Source of the DNA: Parvularia atlantis
Lineage: Eukaryota
DNA length: 46,042 nucleotides
Reading direction: 5' to 3'
Assembly: GCA_943704415.1 (NCBI GenBank)
Contig: CALSCO010001228.1
Span: forward strand, 1-46,042
Shown here: piece after piece, positions 35,111 to 46,042 of the stretch
Position numbering within the stretch: the stretch's first letter is position 1
Layout of the letters: each line of letters opens with the position of its first letter
Position numbers and translations under genes: made by a program
Notes under the pieces: generated by a model
The model's database searches: none
Told to the model about the DNA's origin: nothing
Seen by the model: the letters and a program-made list of their open reading frames with translations, nothing else

Positions 35111-35800
35111 GCGGCAAAGAACGGCGGCAGCGGCGCGCTGAAGAACGTCGCCGGGGCGTACCCCTGGTGCGCGCCGTACATGGGCGGTGGTGCGTTGCCG
35201 AAGAACGGGTCGTGCGCAAACGGCGCGAAGCCGTGCATGGCGAAGAACGGGTGGCCAAACATCGCTGCGGCGACCGCGTGATGTCGGCTGTTGATCCGCG
35301 CTGTCCACGCCAGACGCGCACGCACCGGCGACCATCGGGTCGTTCGCAAACATGTCGCGGAAGAGGTCGTTGGCGTCGCGGTGCGGCGCGGCAAAGTCTG
35401 CCCGTCGTCGCTGTTGTCAGCGCCGCACCCCCCTCATGCACCGGGGACGCCACCGATGCCGCCGCTGTCGTACTGTCGCCGCTTGGTCTCTGCGCGCGCG
35501 CGGCATCGTGCTCAGCGTGCGCGCGCTGTGTCCTCGCCTCCGCGCGCATCGCACCGTCCGAGAGCACCTCGTACGCCTCGGCGATCACCTTGAAGCGCCG
35601 CTCGGCCTCCTCGAGCCGGTCCGGATTCTTGTCCGGGTGCCACTCAAGTGCGAGTTTGCGGTACCTGCCGCGTGCGCGCGTGCGTGCGCGTGTGTGGGCC
35701 GGTATGCGATACGGGGGACCGTGGCGCGTGCGCACGCGCGCCGGATGTCGTCGGGCGAGGCCGTGCGCTCGATGCCGAGCACCACGTAGTAGTCGGCCAT
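34708..35800 (-). CDS. DnaJ class B co-chaperone (DNAJB6/B8-like)
   Basis: [36 protein letters not shown] region; polyQ, S-rich segment; C-terminal TSVVNG..VIEDG..VLVNG. Confidence 0.9.
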
Positions 35801-35872
35801 CCGCGCGAGCAGTGCGAAACAACGACTTTTGGCTATTCGGCTGCCCGTTCAGAACACACGCGAGCGCGCTTC

Positions 35873-37255
35873 TCACTTGGCCTTGACGGGCGACGGCGGC
35901 GCGCTACCGCTGTCGGACGGCGGGAAGAGGCGGCGCACGAAAAAGTGCGTCCAGAGCGCGCCCCACGTCACGACAATCAGCCAGAGGATGCGGTCGGGCT
36001 GTGCGCGCGCATGAGCACCGGCACAGATGCGACGACCGGTCGCGAGACGCACCAGCATCGCCGTAAAGTTCACGTCCGTCGGCAGGCCCTGTACGGTCAC
36101 AAACAGCACGGACCAGATCCACGCGCCGAGATGCGAGTCGAGGCTGACGCGAGCGCGCGTGCATGTCAGCCGACGGATCAGGCTGCACGCAGAACGTGCC
36201 GGTCGAGCACGCCGCCGTGTGCGAGCAGCAGCGACGACGTGTCCTTGAGGTGGTGGTTGCGCTTCCACCACGAGATGAACAGGTCGCCGAGGATGCCGGC
36301 GAGGATCATGCCGTTGACATAGAGCGCCGAGAGGTGCGTGGGCAGCACCGAGTCCTCCTTGAGCCACAGGAAGAAGACGAGGTTGCAGCTGCGCGCCGCG
36401 CGTCAGCACGCCGCACGCGACAGCGCACACGCTCACCCGATGAAGGCGCCGATGTAGCCCTCGAGCGACTTGTTGGGCGAGATCTTGGGCACAATCTTGG
36501 TGCGCCCGGTCAGCTTGCCCGCAAAGTACTGCATGCAATCGCTGCCAGCGATGGCCATGCTGCAGCGCGCACGCGACTTGAGCGCGACGGCACTGCGCGT
36601 CAACCGCGCACCTGATCGCCAGGAACACGTCCGACGGGAAGGCGTGAAGGAGGTACAGCGCGCAGGTGATGCCAACCATGAGGTAGTTGACGGTGATGTT
36701 GTCGATCAGGTTGACGCCGGCGGCCGCGCAGCCGACGGCGGCGACGACGACGCGCACGGCAGCGACCTGCACGCCCGCGTCAGACGCGCGCCGGCACTTG
36801 CGCAACGTCCACGCGCCTGCCAGATACTCAGCGCGGCCAACGGGAAGGTGAGCACGTAGACGTCGAAGAGCGAGAGCGCCGTGAGCAGCGCCTGGACGAT
36901 GCGGCCGTGGCGCGGGAACTCTTGCGCGAGCTGTGCGCGCCTCGTGTCACGCGGCGAGAGGCGAGAGGCAGAGGCGGAGGCACAGCGCACCTCCCACCAG
37001 ATGAGCGGCACGATCGTCAGCTCGAGCACGGCCGGGTAGTGCTGCAGCAGCAGGTGCGCGCCGATGTGCATGACGAAGCCGATGGGCACGCGCGCGGCCA
37101 TCAGCGACTCGCTCGAGTACCACGCGCGCCGCGCGCCCTTGCTGGGCGACCTGTCGCGCGTCACGCCCGTCAAGCGCCACACTGCGCGCACGTGACGCGA
37201 AACCGCACCCGGGCGCTGACCGAGGCGGCGTGCTCGCGGTCGTCGGCAGGGGCAT
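35873..37255 (-). CDS. Phosphatidate cytidylyltransferase (CTP_transf_1, CDP-DAG synthase-like)
   Basis: [47 protein letters not shown]; multiple TMs. Confidence 0.88.
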
Positions 37256-37353
37256 AACACGCTGAGCCGTCAGTGGAAGAAAGGCACGCCTATATGAGTA
37301 GTTGTCACTTGGATCACAGCTGCGTCGCACACATAGCGAGGGAGGCGGCAAGC

Positions 37354-39102
37354 ATGGCCGAGGTCCGCGCTGAGCGCGCGCGCCGTTGCGCACGGCTCAC
37401 GTTTGGCGCGCAGCTCTCGGCTGCGCTGGGGCAGCTGCGCACGGCCAGGCAGCAACAGCATCAGCAGCATCAGCAGCAGCAGGAGCAGGAGGCGCAGCAG
37501 CAGACGGAGCAGCAGCAGAAGAAGCCGGCGGCCGCGACGCCGCCAGACTCGTTCGAGGAGCTGGACGACGGCGAGCTGCTGCGGCTGATCAACGACGACG
37601 GCGACGAGGAGGCCGTTGACGAGGGCGTTCTGGACGCGCTGGACGTGGTCGACGACGGCAAGGAGAACGTGCCAACGACGACGGTCGCGCGCGTCAGCTC
37701 CGCGCTTGAGTTCATCCGGCGCACGTGCGCGCAATTGAGCGGGCGGCTGCTGCTTCTGACGGGGTGCGGGCAGTGTGCCGCCCTCCGCATTGGCACCACC
37801 TCCGCCTCCAGCACCAGCAGTACCAACATCAACATCTGCACGTGCACCTGCACCTGCACCTGCACCGATGTGAGCGATCGGACGCGCACGTGCACGCGTT
37901 CGCTGACGGCACGCGCAGACCGGTGCTGGCCGTGATCGGCGGCGCGCTGGGCGACCATGCCGTCGCGCGTCGCAGCCCGCCGCAGCGACGGTTCCCGGGG
38001 CCGGCTGGCGCGCTCCCGCCACTGGTGCGTGTCGTCTCGCGCCCGCTCGCGGCTTACGGTTGCCCAACAGAGCGACGACGAGCGGCGGAGAGTGCTGCGG
38101 TCGGCCGAGGCGTCGCGCAAGCTTTCTCTTACGGTGCGCGTGCGAGAGATGGCAACGACACAGCTCGCTCGCGCTTACAGCCGGCGCAGGAGATGGGCGA
38201 GGGCGACGCCAAGGCAACCGAGTCGCCGCTGAAGAAGCTCAAGCGCTCGACGGCGATGGTGCGCGCCCCCCGCGGTCGCATGCAGCGTTTGCGCATTCAC
38301 GCTGCCGGCAGCTGCACACCGAGCCCGTTGACCTGCGCCTGTTCCAGCGCGGCGCGTGGGCAACGATGGTCACGGTGCTGGACGTGCTGGCGGGCTCGGC
38401 GGACGAGCCACGGCGGTCTCCGCTGGAGGAGCACAACATTGCACAGATCCTGCGGCAGCACGCGTCGGCCAAAGCACGTTCCAGCACCGCTGCTCGCTCG
38501 CTCGGCGCTAACGCGGAGCGCAGGTGCCGAACCTCGTTGTGTACGTCAAGGAGCTGCGCACGTCGGGCGGCGACGCGTGGGCCAAGCTTGTGGACCCGAC
38601 CGGTGCGTGCGATGCGCAGCGTGCGCAGTGTGGCCCACAATGCATCCGCGCGCAGGCGAGATCCAGGGCACGATCCACAAGCGCGTGCTGGACGACTTTG
38701 CCAAGATGCTCACGGTCGGCAGCGTCCTGCAGCTACAGCGGGTGCGTCGCCGCGCTGAGTCGCAGGCATGCCGCTGAGCCCGGCGCGTCGCAGGTGTCCG
38801 TATTCCACCCGTCGCCGCGGACAAAGTACCTCACGATCACGCGCGACAATGTCGTCCGCGTCTTCCCGAGCGAGCCCGACACGCCGCGCGCGTCGCAGGC
38901 CGGCTCGAGCGCCGCGTCTGCCCCCTGTGGCGACGACGCTGCCCCCGCACCTGCACCAGCCGCCGACGCACCCGCACCGCCAGCAGCACCACCCGCGCCA
39001 CCCGCGCCACCCGCGCCGGCGTCGCGGCTGGAGGACGACGCCGAGCTGGCGGTGCTGCTCGAGGCGATGGACGACAACTGCTTCGACGTCGGGATCGACT
39101 GA
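37354..39102 (+). CDS. HROB: Homologous recombination OB-fold protein (C17orf53/MCM8IP)
   Basis: RRFPGPAGALP motif; KVPNLVVYVK..DPTGEIQGTIHK..GSVLQLQRVSVFHPS..YLTIT..NVV. Confidence 0.85.
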
Positions 39103-39142
39103 CGAGCGCCGCGTGTGTGCAATGCTGCCTGTAACTGTACAA

Positions 39143-40361
39143 CTAGACAAACGTGGACATGAAGACGGTCTCGCCGATGTTGAGCGTCGCATGCCACCAG
39201 TGACTGTGAGGGGCGTGAGCGGGCGTCGCCCTTGCACGCGCACGCGTACCTCGGCAGGTACAGCAACTCGCCGGGAGCGAGCACGCACTCGAGCGGCCGC
39301 AGCGTCGCGTGCGGATACACGTTGCGCAGCCAGTAGAGCGTCGTGCGGTTCGGGTCAAACTCGGGCGCGGGGCCGGGCGGGTACAGAAACCAGCGCTGGC
39401 GGCGAGCGTAAGGCGGCAGTCGCGGCGCGCGGCACCGCGCACCTTGCGGCCGTGCAGCACCTCGGCAAAGACGGCGCCGTGCGTGTGGAACGGTACGCCC
39501 GAGCCCGTCCCGGCCACGCCAAAGCTCACGCTACCATTGATTGGCGCGTGGCGCAGCGGCGGGCGCACGTACGCCTCGTAGAAGCCCGGCCACTCGCTGT
39601 AGCGGTTGTCGCCTTCGGCCCGGTGAACGCGCGCATGCCGATGTGCACACACACACACACACACAAGCGCACCAAAATGGTACAGCACGCTGTCGGCCTC
39701 GGCACTGTCGTCGCGCGGCGGCATGTCGTCGCGCACGTACTCGCGCAGCGGCTTGGTGACCTTGCTGTAGGAGAAGGTGTTGGCGGTGCTGAGCACGACG
39801 GGCGAGTCGCCGTACTGTGTGCGTTCATCAGCTAAGTCCAGGACGGCGCGAGAGACAGCGCACCAGCGCCAGCAGCACGCCCTTGCGCGTCATCTCGCGA
39901 AAGCGCGCGTTGTCGGTGAGGCGCTCGAGCACGACGGGCGCATCGGCGAAGCGCGCGGCAAACTCGTCCTCGCCGATAGGCCCGCGGTGGCGCACGATGC
40001 TGCACACGGCGCTGTCGAGGTCGGGCAGGCCCGCGGCCGCGTCCCACTCGTCGCCCACGAGCATCACGCGGAGGTGCTGCACGTCGTCGGCCATGCGGTG
40101 CGCGGCGTCGGTTGCCTTGGCCACGAGCGCGTCAACTACGGGTGCGGCCTCGTCGGCCACGCGATGCGCCGCGTCGCTCGCCGCCGCCATCCACCGGTCG
40201 CCCGCATCGACGGCCCAGTGCATCGCGCCGCCCATGGCCGCCACGCGCTCGTGCAGCCGGCACGTCCAGTCCTCGCACGGTGCCTCCGGCTCGTTTGCCG
40301 TGACGACAGGAGCGAGCAGGACGAGGCCGAGCACGACGAGCAGGCGCCGCGTCGTTGCCAT
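39143..40361 (-). CDS. JMJD8: JmjC domain protein 8-like with signal peptide
   Basis: LSTANTFSYSK, YHFGDN, SFGVAGTGSGVPFHTHG, HGRKRWFLYPP, WWHATLN. Confidence 0.88.
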
Positions 40362-40422
40362 GGGGAATTCACCGATCTGTGACATCCGCTCTTGCTCTTC
40401 TCCTTGCGCGACCGCCCTCCGC

Positions 40423-42014
40423 ATGGACACGACGCCCCCGCGCACACCGACCGAGCCGCCGCCGCCGGGCGTGAAGCCTGTCGACACGGTGCGGCACGCG
40501 CGCGCGTCTTTCTTTTGCGGCGCGCCGCTGTGCTAACTCGTTCTCCACGCTCCTCCCTCCTCTCTCAAGGGCCAGCTGCGCGTCAACGACGGCGGCCGCG
40601 GCGGCGACCCGGGCGGCAGTGCGCGGCACGGCCGCGCGAGCATGGCGAGCGGCCACGGCGTGCGTCGCGATCTCCTTGGTCGTGTGTGCGCGCGCGATCT
40701 CACCCCGCGCCCCCTGCACGCAGCACCACGGTCGTGAGGAGACCGGCGTGGTGGAGTCAAGAGAGGGCGCACATGTGCGCGACGCCTCGTACATCGAGCA
40801 TGCTATGAGCCTGCCTTGGCAGAGCCCGTCCGTCGCCAATAACGTGCGCCGTGCGCCTGCGCCTGCCGCTCCGAGTCCTCACTGAGCTGACGTTCACCCG
40901 CACCGGCAGGGCGCGGAGCAGCTCTCACACTTAGAGGCCCTCTCTGAGGCGCCTGTGAAATTCAACCAGCAGTGCGGCCATTTGGTGCGTCGTTGTGCTG
41001 GGCCTCCTGCCATGGCTGATGGGCCGTGAGCGCAGGCCGACAATGCCTGCGCGTGGGCGAATGCCCTGCCGCAGTTCCCTGCGGTGCGTGCGCGCACGGC
41101 TCTCGCGCGCAACGCTCACGCTGGCTTGTGATCGCAGCATGATTTGGCGCAGGACAACAACAACCAGGCGGTGCGTGCGCCCGCGACCGAGGCCGTTGAC
41201 CTTCTTGAACCCCCGCGTGCGCCCGCAGCGCAAGCGCAACTTTGCAGAAATCGAGCATGAGACGATTGAAAAGGCGGTGCGTGCGCGTGCGCGGGTGGAT
41301 GGCTGCGCACGCTCACGCTCGCTCCACCAGCACAAGCTGGGCGCGATCGTGGACCGCTACAACCGCCCGGAGCGGACGTGGGCCAGCGCGGACGAGCAGC
41401 TAGTGCGCGCGCTCGCTGCGACTGCGCGGGTTGCTGATGAGGCGCGCTCACTGCAGGCGCTGTCCAACATCGACGACCGTCAGCAGGTGGACGACGGCAC
41501 CGCGACCGCGCAGACGAACATTTTCCCCGGTTGGCCGACTCGGATCACGCAGCTGCAGGTCATCCAGCAAGTCGACACCCCGCCGCCCGACCCTGCGCCT
41601 GCCCACGACGACGCGATCGAGGTGGACGTGGTCTCCGTGCCGCGTCGCAACGGCGGCGTCCAGCGTCGCGGTGTAACGCGAGCCATCCGCACGCACATCA
41701 CAAACGGCGAGTTGCGCGAGGCGCTTATCGTCGCCGCCAACGCCCACCGCGGCATGCACGCGACCACCGCCGCGGAGCAGACGCGTCGGCACGGCGAAGC
41801 CTTTGGCATCGTGTGCTTCTACCTGGCGCTGCTGTACGACATCCCGCCTCCCGCCGAGGTCGCCAGGCGCTGGCTGAGCTCGCGCGTGCCGCTGGGTGAC
41901 CCCTCGTTCCGCCAGCACCTTGGTGACCTGATGCCCGCGATCGGCACCCCTGCCGCCCGCCCCTGGCAGCCCGAGTACGACCGCGTCCGGGAGGAGGCCG
42001 CGCGGGCCGCCTGA
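40423..42014 (+). CDS. Orphan protein A (~369 aa, 9 exons)
   Basis: Exons 40423-40488, 40570-40659, 40724-40843, 40910-40984, 41036-41083, 41138-41170, 41229-41276, 41331-41402, 41457-42014; consensus splice sites give a stop-free frame. Confidence 0.75.
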
Positions 42015-42176
42015 TCGAGGCCGATACACCAGCTCTATGTGGGGCTTTGTGTGTGCGTGTGTGTATGTGCGTGTGTCTTTGTCTTGTCTTTCGGGGGGGA
42101 AGTGGGAGAGGGAAGCAGGCACTGAGACGCACAGAAACACAGAAAGACAGACAGACGGACAGACGCAAACGGCGTC

Positions 42177-43599
42177 TCACATGGTGCGCGCGCGCTTGGC
42201 GGCCGGCAGGACGAGCGCCTCGTTCTCGTCGACGTCCTCGCCCTCGTCAAAGTCGGCCGCGTCCATCAGCTCCGGCACCTGCACATTCTGCATCGCAGGC
42301 TGCGCGCCGGAACAATCAGCACGAGCGCGCTGGCACGCCTCACAGCGGCGCACCGTCCAGGTCTCAGGCGGCGGCGTCTCGTCGTGCATGGTTACCTGCA
42401 CGGCCAGCACGTCCTCCTGCGGGGTCGTGAACTGCGGAACATACAGTTAGCAAAGGAGGCATGCGCGGTCCAGTTCACGCACCACCACAGCGCCCGACGC
42501 AATCAGCGCCCGGCCCACGGCGACGCGGTGCTGCTTCAGGCGCGACCGGTCCGGGTCGCTCAGCTTGGAGTCGGGTTTGCGTGCCAGGCTCCACGTCGCG
42601 AAGCTCCAAGCTGCGTAAACGGCCGCGTCCGCCGGGTTGATGCGGTAGCGGCGCGAGGCCTCGCACGTGCGGCGCGCCATCGAGATAGGCTCCTGGAGAA
42701 GGCCGTTCAGGCCAGGCTGGGGCACGAGCTGGTAGTACGCGTAGTCGAACGCCTGCAGCGCGCGCTCTTCGGCCGCGTAGTTTTGAGTCGTCAGCGGCAC
42801 GCGCGCGCTTGAAGCCAGCCAGCCCATCGGGTACGGTTGCGGCGGGACCCCGTTGATCTGCGTGTTCTCGTTGATCGACGTGTTGATCTGCGTGTTCTCG
42901 TTGATCGATGTGTTGGTCGTCGTGTACTCGTTGATCGACGTGTTGGTCGTCGTGTACTCGTTGATCGATGTGTTGGTCGTCGTGTTCTCGTTGATCGACG
43001 TGTTGATCGTAATCTCGTTTGGCAGGTCATGCTCGACCTGCGCATTCATTTCGACATAGTCCACGTGCCCTTGGTGCACTGGCTCGTTGATGTAGGCAGT
43101 TGGCTGCGGGTTGTCCTCGGGATCGGCTGGGACTTGGCCCTCGAGCTCGTTCGCATTCTGCGGGCGCGACAGTGGGGTCTAAATGCCGAGCTCAAGAAGT
43201 CTGTGGCGCTAGGGAACGAACCTCATACTGGAAAATATTGAGGTTGAAATTGTTGCCCTGCGCGGCGAGCACACGGAGATTGAAATTGTTGCCCTGCGCG
43301 GCGAGCACGCGGCCGTCAGCGGCCTTGTGAAGGCAGAGGCGCGCGAGCGACGCGCCTGCATGTAATCCATAACGTTCACATCCTGCGCGCGACCGTCAGC
43401 GCCCCGAACGAGCGCATCGCCCCTCACACGCACATAAAAAAACGCATTGCTGACATTTTCGAGCTGAAGATCATCAGCGAGAGGCTCGTTCTCGGCGAGC
43501 GGCGAGGACAGATGGTTCCAAGCCTGGAGGGTGGGCGAGAGATGTCACGGATCGGCCGACGAGCGCGCTCTCTCCACGCGCGGCGCGTACCTCAGACAT
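42177..43599 (-). CDS. Orphan protein B (~357 aa, 7 exons) with N/T-rich repeats and C-terminal NLS-like PAAKRART
   Basis: Exons 43599-43591, 43523-43434, 43382-43356, 43293-43222, 43157-42483, 42431-42354, 42299-42177; stop-free frame. Confidence 0.75.
42852..43019 (-). repeat. 30-bp coding tandem repeat, about 5.5 copies (NTSINE[N/Y]T[TT/QI])
   Basis: tcgttgatcga(c/t)gtgttg recurs with period 30. Confidence 0.95.
43244..43308 (-). repeat. 29-bp direct repeat (period 36) duplicating a splice acceptor
   Basis: ttgaaattgttgccctgcgcggcgagcac at 43244-43272 and 43280-43308. Confidence 0.95.
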
Positions 43600-43829
43600 T
43601 TGAGCTGCGACGGCGGAGCGAACGGGGGACGCGGGCTTGCGGGCTCGTGGGTGGGCAGGACGGGCGCTGCGCAAAGGCGCGCGGCGGCGGGTCAGCTGCT
43701 GCGCTGCTCCGTGTGACGTGCGGTTGGCAAACATATACAGGCAAACCCGAGCTGCTGCCGCCCCGTAGCGATCAGCGCCTGACCTCGCACTATCGGCTCG
43801 TATCCCAGGCGCCCATAGCCCGACCAACC

Positions 43830-45055
43830 ATGTCGCTGCGCGTGCTCGTGGGCTGCAAGCGCGTGATCGACTACTCGGTCAAGGTGTGTGTGTGTGTGTG
43901 TGTGCTGCGCTTTGCCCGCGCGTGGACCGTGCACAAGTGGCCGGCTGAGCGCGTCGCCGCCGTGCGCGCCCGCAAAAAGATCCGCATCAACGCGGCCAAG
44001 ACCGGCGTCGAGACGGCCAACGTGAAGCACTCGCTCAACCCGTTCGACGAGATCGCGCTGGAGGAGGCCGTGAAGCTGAAAGAGACCAACAAGGCGGCCG
44101 AGGTGCGCGTGCGCGCGGCCGGTGCTGTGCGGGACGTGGCCTGAGCACGTCGCGCAGGTCGTCGCCGTCAGCTGCGGCCCGGACAAGTGCACCGAGGTGC
44201 TGCGAACGGCGCTGGCGATGGGCGCGGACCGGGCGATCCACGTCAAGGTGGCGTGGGCGCCGCGGTAAAGGGGGGACCGGCAGCTGACGCTGATATGCGC
44301 GCGCGCGCGCGACACGTCGGGAAAAGGTCGACGAGGATACGCCGCTGCAGCCGCTGGCCGTGGCCAAGATCTTCAAGGCGCTGGTGGCGAAGCACAAGGT
44401 CGACCTCGTGCTGCTGGGCAAACAGGTGCGCGGGTGGGGCGCATGGCCCAATCGTGGCTGACCTCGCTCGCAAACCGGCGCACAGGCCATCGACGACGAC
44501 GCCAACCAGACGGGCCAGATGCTCGCGTCGCTGCTAGACTGGCCGCAGGGCACGTTCGCGTCCAAGCTGGAGGTGCGCGCCGGGGCTTTTTGGCTGCGGT
44601 GTGCGGCGTGTGACACGCGGCGCAGGTGGATGAGGCCGGCAAGAAGCTCAAGGTGACGCGCGAGATCGACGGCGGCCTTGAGACGATCGCCGTCAACCTG
44701 CCGGCGGTGGTCACGGCCGACCTGCGGTGCGCGGGCTCGGCGCGTGTGCCAGCGTCGCTAACAGCCGTGTTGACCGCCGCACCAGCCTCAACACACCGCG
44801 CTACGCCGCGCTCAAGGCGATCATGGCGGCCAAGAAGAAGACGATCGACGAGGTCAAGCCGGCCGACCTCGGCGTGGACGTGAAGCCGCACCTACAGACG
44901 ATCAAGGTGCGTGCGTGTTACCGCCAAGCCGGGCGCAGCTGAGCCGGCTCGTTACGCGGCGCCAGGTCGAGGAGCCGCCCGTGCGCAAGGCCGGGGTCAA
45001 GGTGGCCGACGTGGACGAGCTCCTTAGCAAGCTGCGTAGCGCCGGCGCGCTTTGA
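43830..45055 (+). CDS. ETFB: Electron transfer flavoprotein beta subunit
   Basis: [70 protein letters not shown]. Confidence 0.97.
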
Positions 45056-45143
45056 CCGCCCACCCGCAGCGAGCGCGCGCGTGTGGCTAGTTGAGTGAAC
45101 GACTGGGGGGCGAAAGCAAAGGCATCGCACACTTTGATTCGCA

Positions 45144-45644
45144 ATGGCGTCGCTGCTAACCGACGGCGTGCTGCTCACGGCCCTGACCGAGCTCGGTGCG
45201 GGCACAATGGCCATGGTCGCGCCCGCGTACATGTTCCCCGGCACGGACGCGTACGCGCCGCAGGCCACACGCTACTGGGGCCTTGGCATCACGACGGTCG
45301 GGCTGCTCTCGCTGGCGATCGCGCTCGGTGCGCGAATGCTTGCGCATCTCACCTGCATCTCACCTCGATGCGCTCGCGCAGAGCCGAAGAACACGCCGCT
45401 GCGCCACCGCGCCGCGCTCGCGCTGTTTGTCTTCCAGACGGTCAACGCGATCGGCATCGTCGTGGCCGGCGTCCTCGGCCTGCCCTTCCCCTCGTTCAAC
45501 GACGTCCACGGCCCGCTCTACACCGACCCCTCGCTCAACGGCGCCGCGGCCGCGATCGGCGCGGGCCTGCACGCGATCACGGCGCTCGTGCTCCTGCGCG
45601 AGCTGCTCACGGCGCCCGCGTCCGCGTCCGGCAAGAAGCGCTGA
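45144..45644 (+). CDS. Small multi-pass membrane protein of unknown function
   Basis: Four hydrophobic segments; probable intron near 45328-45380; typical codon usage. Confidence 0.65.
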   Translation: MASLLTDGVLLTALTELGAGTMAMVAPAYMFPGTDAYAPQATRYWGLGITTVGLLSLAIALGARMLAHLTCISPRCARAEPKNTPLRHRAALALFVFQTVNAIGIVVAGVLGLPFPSFNDVHGPLYTDPSLNGAAAAIGAGLHAITALVLLRELLTAPASASGKKR

Positions 45645-45693
45645 GAGAGACGCGCCTGTGGCTGGCTTTCGCGGCATACACACAAGCTCACTC

Positions 45694-45937
45694 CTAGTAG
45701 ACGTAGTTGCGGTCGCCTGCGCAGCAGAGAGCGGTGAGCCACAGCAGCAGCAGCAGCAGCAGCAGCACCGAGCGGCCGCCGCACCGATGTAGACACCCTC
45801 CTGCGCCGTCCACGTGTTGAACGCATTCTTGCCGTCGACGCAAAACACCTCGAGCTGGCCCGGGATCGGGTGGCCAAACTGGTGCGCGGCCATCGTCGTG
45901 AGGAACTTGCCCGTGTCCTTGTGCATAATGCGGATCT
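45694..45937 (-). CDS. SDF2-like MIR-domain protein, 3' part (continues beyond the window)
   Basis: IRIMHKDTGKFL..QFGHPIPGQLEV..WTAQEGVYI matches the third MIR repeat of SDF2; last exon GDRNYVY*. Confidence 0.8.
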
Positions 45938-46042
45938 GCGCAACGCGGTGCGGCGGCAGTGCGGCGGCACGTGTCAGCGCTCTGCCGCGACCGTGCACCC
46001 CGCTCATCCGCCCCGCACCACCAATCCACCGATCCCCCCCCC

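Noticed and set aside
42852..43019. CRISPR-like periodic repeat
   Set aside because: Head-to-tail 30-bp units with no unique spacers, in frame within a eukaryotic exon; no cas genes
45694..45720. SDF2-like protein lacking HDEL
   Set aside because: SDF2-type members without an ER-retention signal are known
1..46042. Hundreds of long Arg/Ala/Pro-rich ORFs in the six-frame track
   Set aside because: Shadow frames and intron read-through caused by very high GC; real genes are recovered only by splicing
1..46042. Alternative genetic code or selenocysteine read-through of TGA
   Set aside because: In-frame TGAs fall in intron branch motifs (CTGAC); TGA, TAG and TAA all terminate genes normally
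1..46042. Transposons, tRNA or rRNA genes, U12 AT-AC introns
   Set aside because: No transposase or RT motifs, terminal repeats, cloverleafs or AT-AC termini seen by eye; a computational scan could still find some

Overview
Very GC-rich, extremely gene-dense eukaryotic nuclear DNA, not prokaryotic. About 32 protein-coding genes are broken by roughly 200 (rough manual estimate) short spliceosomal introns, mostly 45-70 nt, with a GTGCG-type donor, CTGAC/CTCAC/CTAAC branch point and YAG/AAG acceptor, so most ORF-track entries are GC-shadow or intron read-through frames. Gene content suggests a unicellular opisthokont/amorphean protist (inference). Recognisable genes: Rab32/38-like, mitochondrial bL31, PDRG1-like, RASSF-like, Gal-3-O-sulfotransferase, NHE, SART1, GT34, PIG-V, DEK-C/SWIB, LACTB-like, HIP/ST13, lipin, FAD2, Spinster, GT47, ATG4, YbeY, PLGRKT-like, DNAJB6-like, CDP-DAG synthase, HROB, JMJD8, ETFB and SDF2-like. 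Best leads: (1) a RASSF-type RA-SARAH protein with an SH3 domain inserted inside the RA domain as a phase-1/phase-1 exon module; (2) a convergent pair of ~360-aa orphan genes with putative NLSs in which all 14 introns are phase 0; (3) at least six GC-AG introns; (4) a recurrent TGTACA element just 3' of stop codons; (5) a divergent gene pair with a GUG start on one side and an intron-split ATG on the other. All gene models were spliced by hand and family assignments come from remembered motifs; no database search was run.
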